A DNA stretch of 64,000 nucleotides from a virus (lineage: Duplodnaviria > Caudoviricetes): the IMG/VR virus record IMGVR_UViG_2974736276_000001, positions 32,001 to 96,000 of that record. One strand, 5' to 3'. Of the stretch, positions 54,645-64,000 are shown in pieces. The notes below the pieces were generated by a model, which ran no database searches, was not told the DNA's origin, and saw only the letters and a list, made by a program, of their open reading frames with translations. The position numbers and the translations under genes were made by a program. Within the stretch, counting starts at the first letter, position 1. Each line of letters begins with the position of its first letter.

Positions 54645-56461
54645 TGAAACAAAATATATCGGTCGGTAATGTTGTTGATGACGGTACAGGAGATTACCTT
54701 CGTAAAGGTGGTCTTAAAATCAATAACAACTTTGACGAATTATATTACGAATTAGGCGATGGTTCAACTCCATTTTCTGCCGGTGCTTGGAAAACTTGGA
54801 AAGTAACTGACGGTACTACACTGAATATTAAATTCGGTCAATCTTATGTAGTTAATACCCAAGAAGGAAATATCAACGTAGTACTTCCTAAAGGTACTCC
54901 GTCAGATTACAATAAAGTTGTTCGTCTGCGTGATGTGTTTAGCACTTGGAATAAAGAACCAGTGTCAGTATCTCCTGCTTCTGGCGATACCATGAAAGGC
55001 TCAGCTGCTCCAGTTATTTTCAATAAGAACTTACAAGATCTGGAATTAGTTTACTGCTCTCCTGGTCGTTGGGAATATCTTGAAAATAAATTCGTCAACA
55101 AGATTACAAGTTCAGATCTTTCAGTTGTGACTAGCAAATCATTTATTGCTACTGAAGGTCAAACAGATTTCCTAGATATTCTTGAAGGTAATTCCTACAA
55201 TGTCTTGAATACTTGGGTTTATCGCCGTGGTAACCGCCTGTATTATGTTGCTCCAAATAATACCTACGATGCAGATAACTCAGACTTCGGTTCACCTGGA
55301 ACAGCTGACGGTGAATTGGTTATTCTGAACGGTAAAGATATTCGTCTTAAAGTTCCATGTACTGAAGGTGAAACCATCGTTATTGAAACTTTCCTTGACG
55401 GTGTTAGTACTTTCCAAAGTTCTTATAACAGAGCTTCCATCCAGATGATGTCAAGTGATTTCACGACTGACAAGAGCGTATCTGGTGTTAGATGGGTAGG
55501 TGACCTTTCAACTAAGACATCTATCACTCTGGATGATCTGGGGATCTCTGTAGGTACTAACGTAAATCAGTATTCATTAGAAATTGTGCTAAATGGACGT
55601 CTTCTTACCCAAGCTGGCGATGCTAATCTTCCATTAGCTCGTTGTGATGGCGCATTTGGTCTTTCTGATGCAGAATGTTCAGCTAACGGTGGAATTTGGG
55701 TTGATTCAGACGCTGACTTCTCAATTTCACTTAATAATGATTTGGTTTCAGGATTTAATTTCGATCAACCATTTGAACATGGTGATATTCTAGTAGTTCG
55801 TTGGTACAATAATAACATCGGTACTACAATGGGTATTGATGAAATAACCGCGGTTACTGATTCACGATATGTTAACTCACAGGAAACTGTATCTTTAACT
55901 AATCGAATTGAATATACTGATTACACAAATCCTAGTCAGAAAACCAAACGTGCAGTGGCTGATGAAATCGGTGTAACTATTTCAAACGTTAGAATGATGT
56001 TTGATTCAATTTATCCAATCGGAACATTGTACACTAACGCACATAACCCTGCGAACCCTGCAGATTATATGGGCTTTGGTACTTGGGTTCTGTATGGACA
56101 AGGTAAAGCTTTAGTTGGTTGGAATTCTGATGAATCCGATCCGTACTTTGCTCTAAATAATAATGACCTCGATTCAGCAGGTATTCCTTCTCATTCTGCA
56201 GGCGGAACAGTAGGTACAACAAAGGTTGAGCTAAAAGCAAATAATATTCCTTCTCTTTCATCTACCGATAAAGTATTAATCGCAGATGATGACGGAACTA
56301 TTGTTGTAGGCGGATGCCAATTTGATCCTGATTCTGAAGGTCCTGGTTATGATAAATACCGTGAAGGTATAGTAACAGTTAATCCAGGAACAACTACTGC
56401 AGTAGAAGTGGAAATTATTCAACCTTCTGTAACAGGATATCGCTGGATAAGGGTAGCATAA
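54644..56461 (+). CDS. 10: Baseplate wedge/tail pin gp10
   Basis: GNVVDDGTGDYLRKGG. Confidence 0.96.
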   Translation: MKQNISVGNVVDDGTGDYLRKGGLKINNNFDELYYELGDGSTPFSAGAWKTWKVTDGTTLNIKFGQSYVVNTQEGNINVVLPKGTPSDYNKVVRLRDVFSTWNKEPVSVSPASGDTMKGSAAPVIFNKNLQDLELVYCSPGRWEYLENKFVNKITSSDLSVVTSKSFIATEGQTDFLDILEGNSYNVLNTWVYRRGNRLYYVAPNNTYDADNSDFGSPGTADGELVILNGKDIRLKVPCTEGETIVIETFLDGVSTFQSSYNRASIQMMSSDFTTDKSVSGVRWVGDLSTKTSITLDDLGISVGTNVNQYSLEIVLNGRLLTQAGDANLPLARCDGAFGLSDAECSANGGIWVDSDADFSISLNNDLVSGFNFDQPFEHGDILVVRWYNNNIGTTMGIDEITAVTDSRYVNSQETVSLTNRIEYTDYTNPSQKTKRAVADEIGVTISNVRMMFDSIYPIGTLYTNAHNPANPADYMGFGTWVLYGQGKALVGWNSDESDPYFALNNNDLDSAGIPSHSAGGTVGTTKVELKANNIPSLSSTDKVLIADDDGTIVVGGCQFDPDSEGPGYDKYREGIVTVNPGTTTAVEVEIIQPSVTGYRWIRVA

Positions 56462-57147
56462 TGACTAAAATTTTTAGTAAGACACGCGAAGGAGCCAAGG
56501 TTTATTCGCGTGAAGCAGATTATTTGGAATACCGTCAAGATAGCGATCCTTTGATCGCTAATACTAATGACATTGGTTCTGTTTCAACAGATCAACTTGA
56601 ATTAGGTGTAGAATATCCTACAATTCAGGGTGCAATTCAAGATTTAAAAACAGTAGCAGTTGGTAATATCGGTGATGTGAAAATTAACACTACCGGAAAT
56701 ATGCCAGGCGCAGTTTCTCAGGTAGGATCAGTTCAATTTACTGGATCAGTTAATATCATTAACACTAATTATGATCCAGAAAATCCTGTTGAATTAAAAC
56801 AGATTATCACTATTCTTGGCGTTCCTGTAGAAATAATTCAGGGCGAAACTGCTGACCAAGTCGCAGTTAAATTTGTTGCAGCTGCCCAGGAATATGAAAC
56901 AAAGGGAATTGTGTTTACTCAAATTCAGCAGAGTTCTTCTGATCCTACTGTAGTTGAATTTGTTCATGCTGATTATCGTGTTCATTCATATACAGACTTT
57001 TTGAAATATGGATTAACTGCAACATTCACAGTTTCTTCTCCACCACAAAATGGTCAGGGTTCATGGGTTTTACTAGGACAAGAATCAAAAACATTCACAG
57101 GCGCAACTGATCCAGTTACCCTTTATTACTATAAGAGATATGCGTAA
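56461..57147 (+). CDS. 11: Baseplate gp11
   Basis: SREADYL; ends YYKRYA; synteny. Confidence 0.9.
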   Translation: MTKIFSKTREGAKVYSREADYLEYRQDSDPLIANTNDIGSVSTDQLELGVEYPTIQGAIQDLKTVAVGNIGDVKINTTGNMPGAVSQVGSVQFTGSVNIINTNYDPENPVELKQIITILGVPVEIIQGETADQVAVKFVAAAQEYETKGIVFTQIQQSSSDPTVVEFVHADYRVHSYTDFLKYGLTATFTVSSPPQNGQGSWVLLGQESKTFTGATDPVTLYYYKRYA

Positions 57148-58481
57148 TGTCACAAAATAACTTAAATCACTACAGTGACTTATCAAAATATAAAATCTTT
57201 GAGCCGGCCAATACTTCTTGGCCGGAAGATGTCAAAGATGTACAATCTGCGCTAGCATTAATCGGTGATTGGGCTCGTACAGACGTAGGTCTTCCAAATG
57301 CGACAGAATCAGTTGTAGGTGTTTCTCGATTAGCTACTCAACAGGAAGTTAATGATGGAGAAATTGATGATGCAATCGTTACTCCTAAAACATTAAAAGT
57401 TCGTCTTGGAAATCCAGTTGCAACTACAACAGTTCTTGGATTAACACAATACGCTACTAATGCTGAAGCGGCTGCATTAACTCTCGATACTCGTTCTATT
57501 ACTGCAGCTTCTTTAGGATATGTGTTTAATAACGTAACTGCAAATGTAAGTCGTTTTGGTACAGTTAAATTAACGAGTTCAGCTCAGGCACAAGCAGGAA
57601 CAGATGACACTTCTGCTACTTCTCCAGCTCGTGTAAAAGAAATGATTGCTAAATTTGCTCCAGTGGCGCCATCATATTCTACTGCAAACGAAACTACATT
57701 GGGATTAACCAGATTATCTACTATCGGTCAAACTCAACAAGGAACACTGCGTGATGGATTTGCTGTATCTCCATATTCATTTGTAAATTCTAGAGCGAAT
57801 CAAACTCTGGTCGGTACAACTCGTATGGCTACATTATCAGAAGTCAATGCAGGGAATGATACTACTATAGCAGTTTCTCCATCTACATTAATGAATGCTA
57901 GAGGAGCAATTAATAAGTATGGTGTAGTTAAATTATCAAATTCATATAACGGTGATGGTACTACTGCACTTGCATCTACTGCACCTGTAGTTTATAACAA
58001 CCTTCAAATTAATGGACACCCACTAACTGGAAACTTTAATATAACTTCTGACGATGTTTGGTGTTGGAATAGACAGCAATCAGATGATCGCTATCTTTTT
58101 AAAAATCAGGGTGGAAACTGGTCCCGTAGCTACGCAGCTAATTATGTTCAGGGCGGAAACTGGATGTCATACGGAACTGATGTTCCCGTTAATACTAAAA
58201 TGACAATTGTTATATCAGTTAAATTCCAGCGAAATAATGATGGCGAAACAAATAGATTCTTTAATTTTGATGTTAGAGTAAATGGCGTCACCAGATTTTC
58301 TGATGGTATAAATGTTTACAATAGCAAAGGCGGTAAGTCTGGACATTCATGGCGCTTCGAAGATTATGGAACTCGCCATTATGAAACATTTGATATTCCG
58401 CCAGGGGCTCTTATTCAGATTGTTCCTACAAATACATATCTAGTTGATTATTATGGTACGTCTTTCACTTTAAGTAATTAA
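57147..58481 (+). CDS. 12: Short tail fiber gp12
   Basis: NNLNHYSD...DVQSAL; ATxxxxG repeats. Confidence 0.92.
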   Translation: MSQNNLNHYSDLSKYKIFEPANTSWPEDVKDVQSALALIGDWARTDVGLPNATESVVGVSRLATQQEVNDGEIDDAIVTPKTLKVRLGNPVATTTVLGLTQYATNAEAAALTLDTRSITAASLGYVFNNVTANVSRFGTVKLTSSAQAQAGTDDTSATSPARVKEMIAKFAPVAPSYSTANETTLGLTRLSTIGQTQQGTLRDGFAVSPYSFVNSRANQTLVGTTRMATLSEVNAGNDTTIAVSPSTLMNARGAINKYGVVKLSNSYNGDGTTALASTAPVVYNNLQINGHPLTGNFNITSDDVWCWNRQQSDDRYLFKNQGGNWSRSYAANYVQGGNWMSYGTDVPVNTKMTIVISVKFQRNNDGETNRFFNFDVRVNGVTRFSDGINVYNSKGGKSGHSWRFEDYGTRHYETFDIPPGALIQIVPTNTYLVDYYGTSFTLSN

Positions 58482-58490
58482 GGAATAAAA

Positions 58491-60263
58491 ATGATTACTG
58501 ATTTAACTCTTTTGAAAATGCCGTTCACGGACGGCGTTCCTGAAGATGTAGAACAAAAACGAATTGACTGGATTAAGAATGGTGACAAGCTTACAGCGGC
58601 TTCTACCAAATACGGTTCTGATGGTCGTTTGAACTCTGCAGCTTACGGAATTAATAAAAACGTAGAAACTAATACTGCAAATGATATTCTTATTGCTGCT
58701 AAAATCAATGAGCTGACTGATGGTGTTAATAACATCAATTCGGCTCTTGAAGTTTCAAGTGACGCAGATATTGTTAAGCAGATCGGTATAAACAAAACTA
58801 ATATTGAGACTCTTCAGACAAGCACAGCTAAAACTGAAGATGACGTAGAAACACTTCAGATTAATGCTGATCATACATCAGAAGATATTGGAGTGTTTAA
58901 TCCTGAATTAGATTCTGTTTATCGTACTCTCCGCGGAGACCTTCTGTGGATTAAAACAGAAATGGGTAAATACCCTGCACAAGACATCAATGGTTTGACA
59001 GTTATTGACGGCCCGGCTTCAGGAATGAAAGCTCGTATTATGTCAAACACTGATCAGTTGGTCAAAACGACAAATCGTTTAACTGATCTTGAGCAAAAGG
59101 TTACTGATTCTGACGTCGGTACTTTGACTAATAATGTAGCAATAATTCGTACTGAACTAGGCCCTACTTCATTAGCTACTCAACGAAATGTTTATCAACG
59201 TTTAAATGATGGTGAAACTGATATCGCTTCTGTTAAATTAGATGCAGCTTCTGTAAAAGTTGCTATCGGATTTACTAACAGTAAAACTATTAACACCAGA
59301 GTTACTGATCTTGAGACATCTAATACAAAAGTCACGACAACACTATATTCAGACGATGGTGTGGTAAATAGTCTCGAAAAATTAACTGTAGAAGTCGGAT
59401 CAACTTCTGATCCTCTGAGTCTTACTGGTAAAGTTGCTACTAATCAGAATGACATTACTTCGATCTACGCTATTATCGGCAAAGATACTTCGTCTGGAAT
59501 GAGATCTGATATTGCTTGGATTAACCAGCAAATTGGTGTGACTCAAGAAGGCGGAAATCCTACTCCCGGTTCTATTTTAAATCGTTTAGACGTATTGACT
59601 GCTAATGGTAATCAGATTGCCAGCACAGTGCAAGATGTTCAATCAGAGATTGGTAACAACACTGAAGGACTTAAAGGTAGTGTCAATACATTAAGTACCC
59701 AAATGAATGGTACTGGCGCTTCTACGACTACTATAGAAGGTGTAGGTGTATTCAACTTTTCTAAGTCTCTTTCTACCAAGATTGAAACTAAAATTGATGA
59801 AGCTCCAAATGATGGTCGTGTATATGCACGTAAATCTAAAGCATGGGTTTCTCGTCCATCTTCAGTAGCTCGTTTTGTTAAAGACACTTATACATTTGAT
59901 TTGTCTGGCGGTTCTTCTAATGTTCCATTCGCTTCATTAACTGCTTCGGCTCTTAATAGCGGATTAACTGTAGGAAGCACTTCACTTACAATCGTGGATG
60001 CTGGTGTGTTTAACATCAAACTGTTGGCAGAAGTCTCTACCGTGACACAGAATGTAAAATTCGAGGTCAAGGTAAATGGAACTACAGTATTTTCTAACGA
60101 TCCTCTCGTTGCTACTCTGTTCACTTCAGGTGCAGTTGTTCGTGTAGATGATATTGTTAAGCTTGCAGTTAACGATGTTATTACTATCGCAGTATCTTCT
60201 GTAGCAGGTGATACAAATGTTGTGTTAAATAATCTTAAGATAACTTTAACACCAACCGCTTAA
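58491..60263 (+). CDS. wac: Fibritin (whisker) with C-terminal extension
   Basis: PFTDGVP..RIDWIKNG, coiled coil, foldon-like IDEAPNDGRVYARKSKAWV. Confidence 0.93.
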   Translation: MITDLTLLKMPFTDGVPEDVEQKRIDWIKNGDKLTAASTKYGSDGRLNSAAYGINKNVETNTANDILIAAKINELTDGVNNINSALEVSSDADIVKQIGINKTNIETLQTSTAKTEDDVETLQINADHTSEDIGVFNPELDSVYRTLRGDLLWIKTEMGKYPAQDINGLTVIDGPASGMKARIMSNTDQLVKTTNRLTDLEQKVTDSDVGTLTNNVAIIRTELGPTSLATQRNVYQRLNDGETDIASVKLDAASVKVAIGFTNSKTINTRVTDLETSNTKVTTTLYSDDGVVNSLEKLTVEVGSTSDPLSLTGKVATNQNDITSIYAIIGKDTSSGMRSDIAWINQQIGVTQEGGNPTPGSILNRLDVLTANGNQIASTVQDVQSEIGNNTEGLKGSVNTLSTQMNGTGASTTTIEGVGVFNFSKSLSTKIETKIDEAPNDGRVYARKSKAWVSRPSSVARFVKDTYTFDLSGGSSNVPFASLTASALNSGLTVGSTSLTIVDAGVFNIKLLAEVSTVTQNVKFEVKVNGTTVFSNDPLVATLFTSGAVVRVDDIVKLAVNDVITIAVSSVAGDTNVVLNNLKITLTPTA

Positions 60264-60266
60264 TTA

Positions 60267-60285
60267 AGGGGCTTCGGCCCCTTTG
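60267..60285 (+). terminator. Terminator hairpin
   Basis: AAGGGGC TTCG GCCCCTT T. Confidence 0.8.
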
Positions 60286-60294
60286 AGGTATTTT

Positions 60295-61254
60295 ATGTCT
60301 GGCTACAATGCATACAACCCTAAAGATTTAAAAGACGTTATTCTGCGCCGTCTAGGTGCACCTATCGTTAACGTCGAATTAACGACTGATCAGATCTATG
60401 ACTGTATTCAGCGCGCATTAGAATTGTTCGGTGAATATCATTTCAACGGAACAAATAAGAGCTACGCTTGTTTTTGGGTTCCACACGATGACGATAAAGA
60501 AAAAATTCCTAAAGACATCTTCGAATCTCATCGACAAGGTATTTTTGATTTAGCAGGTAAGAACGTATTCGCAGTAACTAAAATTCTGCGTACTAATATC
60601 GGCTCTATCACTTCAATGGACGGACAAGCAACATATCCATGGTTCACTGATTTCCTTTTAGGAATGGCAGGAATTAATGGTGGTATGGGTGGTGCTTGCA
60701 ATAAATGGTACGGACCAAATGCATTTGGTGCTGATCTCGGCTATTTCACTCAGCTGATGCAATATTGGTCAATGATGCAGGATTTAATTTCTCCATTACC
60801 TGATTTCTGGTATAACGATAACACAGGTCAATTGCGTGTTATGGGTAACTTTATTCCTGGTGATTTGATCGTCGTGGAAGTATTCGTTAAAAGTTATATT
60901 GATGTTGAAAAAACAGTAGGTAACACTGCAGGTTATGGATTTGCGGGTGATTTCACTTCAGGTTCGTATAAAGACATCTACGAAAATCCAGATCGTGCTC
61001 TTGTTGGTCAACATGCTAATGAAGATCTTCCGATTAAACAAGGTTCATATAATAACCGTTGGGTTAAAGACTATTCAACTTGTTTAGCCAAAGAACTTAA
61101 TGGACAAATATTAGCCAAACATCAGGGCATGCAATTACCTGGTGGTATCACTATCGATGGCCAACGTTTAGTAGACGAAGCTCAGCGTGAAAAAGAAGCA
61201 CTTCGCGAAGAACTCGAATTACTCGATCCTCCATTCGGAATTCTAATCGGATGA
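60295..61254 (+). CDS. 13: Neck protein gp13
   Basis: [16 protein letters not shown]. Confidence 0.96.
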   Translation: MSGYNAYNPKDLKDVILRRLGAPIVNVELTTDQIYDCIQRALELFGEYHFNGTNKSYACFWVPHDDDKEKIPKDIFESHRQGIFDLAGKNVFAVTKILRTNIGSITSMDGQATYPWFTDFLLGMAGINGGMGGACNKWYGPNAFGADLGYFTQLMQYWSMMQDLISPLPDFWYNDNTGQLRVMGNFIPGDLIVVEVFVKSYIDVEKTVGNTAGYGFAGDFTSGSYKDIYENPDRALVGQHANEDLPIKQGSYNNRWVKDYSTCLAKELNGQILAKHQGMQLPGGITIDGQRLVDEAQREKEALREELELLDPPFGILIG

Positions 61255-62024
61255 TAAATGATACTGGTTTGTTCGCAAAACTCGAGAACAACACAGGCTA
61301 TGACAATACCAATGAAGTTAATATTCTAAATCCGTATGTTAACTTCAATAATTATCAGAATGTTCAGTCATTGGCTGACGTTCTGGTTGCAGAAAGTATT
61401 CAGATGAGAGGAATAGAACTTTATTACATTCCTCGTGAATACGTCAATCCTGATTTGTTATTCGGTGAAGATTTGCAGTCGAAATTCACGAAGGCTTGGA
61501 AATTTGCAGGATATTTGAACAGCTTCGAAGGCTATGAAGGTGCCAATTCATTCTATAGCAAGTTCGGTCTACAAGTGAGTGATGAAGTAACTATCACTGT
61601 TAACCCAAGACTATTCAAACACCAGGTAAATGATAAAGAACCTCAATCAGGTGACTTAATTTATTTCCCGATGGATAACAGTCTATTTGAAATAAATTGG
61701 GTTCAACCATACGATCCATTCTATCAAGTTGGTCAGAACGCAATGCGCAGAATCACCGCAGGTAAATTCATTTACTCTGGTGAACAACTGCAACCTGAAT
61801 TACAACGAAATGAAGGCATTGTTATTCCTGAGTTTTCAGATCTTGATCTTAATCCTGTTAGAAATATTGATGGTCTTGCAGATATTAACGATGATCAGTA
61901 TTCTGAAGTTGATCAGATCAATAATGAAGCTAAAGAATATGTACATCCATTTGTTGTAATAAATGGTAGAGGTACTGATACGCCTCCTGCAAGCACATTC
62001 GATGACGATTTTATGAATCAATAA
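61251..62024 (+). CDS. 14: Neck protein gp14
   Basis: [10 protein letters not shown]...YYIPRE. Confidence 0.96.
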   Translation: MINDTGLFAKLENNTGYDNTNEVNILNPYVNFNNYQNVQSLADVLVAESIQMRGIELYYIPREYVNPDLLFGEDLQSKFTKAWKFAGYLNSFEGYEGANSFYSKFGLQVSDEVTITVNPRLFKHQVNDKEPQSGDLIYFPMDNSLFEINWVQPYDPFYQVGQNAMRRITAGKFIYSGEQLQPELQRNEGIVIPEFSDLDLNPVRNIDGLADINDDQYSEVDQINNEAKEYVHPFVVINGRGTDTPPASTFDDDFMNQ

Positions 62025-62070
62025 ATACATAAAACACAGGGCCGCAAGGCCCTTTAAAAGAGGAATTAAA

Positions 62071-62894
62071 ATGTTTGGCTACTGGTATAATTCGTCTTTA
62101 CGTCGTTATATTGTGCTTATGGGAGACCTATTTTCTCACATTCAAGTAGCTCGTAAACGAGAAGACACTGGAACTAAATTCATTAGAGTTCCTATCACAT
62201 ATGCGTCTAAAGAACACTTTATGATGCAATTAAACAAAATTACAGCGATTCAGAGTCAAGAGAATAAAGCTAAGATAGAAACTATCTTGCCGAGAATGAA
62301 CCTCCATTTGGTTGATCTCGTTTATAACCCGACTTATAAAACTGCGCAGCAGAACAGAATCACTGCATCTAAAAATGATTCGACTAAAACAGTTTCACAA
62401 TATAGTCCAACTCCTGTTAAGATGATGTTTGAACTTGGTATTTTTACTCGACACCAGGATGATATGTATCAGATTGTTGAACAGATAATGCCTTATTTCC
62501 AGCCTCACTTCAATACAACAATGACTGAGCTATTTGGAAATGAAATCACTTTCGAACGTGATATTAGAATTGTTCTTCAGTCTATTTCGCAAGACGAACA
62601 ACTTGAAGGTGATAATATCTCAAGACGTCGTTTAGAGTGGAGCATTATATTTGAAGTGAACGGATGGATTTATCCTCCAGTCACAGAGATTGACGGTGAA
62701 ATTAGAACGATTTATCTTGACTTCTTTGCTAACGCTAAAGAACTGAGTGCTCAGGGTAATTTTGAATCTGTAGATGCACAGGTCGTTCCTGTTAATGTCG
62801 AATCTCAAGAGTGGGACGGATCAATCTATAGCACGTATTCTCAAGACATCGATATTCCTGTAGATCCAGAAGCTCCTTCACCGAGGAAAAATAA

Positions 62895-62898
<4 letters not shown>
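62071..62898 (+). CDS. 15: Tail sheath stabilizer gp15
   Basis: [14 protein letters not shown]. Confidence 0.96.

Positions 62899-64000
<1,102 letters not shown>

Overview
This 64-kb window is a segment of a T4-like (Straboviridae/Tevenvirinae-type) myophage genome, probably with an enterobacterial host. It is syntenic with T4 from a-gt.3 and gene 55 to the start of gene 17. Positions 1-44.5 kb are transcribed on the minus strand: gp55, 55.2, nrdH, gp49, pin, nrdC, nrdC.10/.11, rI, tk, vs, regB, denV, e, nudE, e.6, a tRNA region, then 57B/57A/1/3/2/4. Positions 44.5-64 kb are the plus-strand late baseplate/neck/terminase operon (53, 5-12, wac, 13-17). The most unusual part is 31.4-39.3 kb. 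I read 22 tRNA genes there by hand, and most non-coding spacers between them hold a discrete structured RNA (about 17). These include tRNA-like molecules with a T-arm but a replaced or shrunken anticodon domain, CCA-ended non-tRNA hairpins, pseudoknotted RNAs, and 100-230 nt multibranch RNAs closed by long stems. This suggests a tRNA-punctuated ncRNA array. Other notable items: a 12-codon rare-codon leader peptide overlapping a hairpin that sequesters the RBS of a basic protein gene; an SF2-like helicase/origin-binding-like gene beside an AT-rich motif+hairpin cassette that recurs 41 kb away; three tandem Pin paralogs; absence of nrdD/nrdG/vs.6 at their T4 positions; host-like ytjA and ybiI/TraR genes; and a fibritin with an extra C-terminal domain. 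All gene names come from recalled similarity and synteny, and all RNA structures from manual pairing. No searches or folding programs were run.
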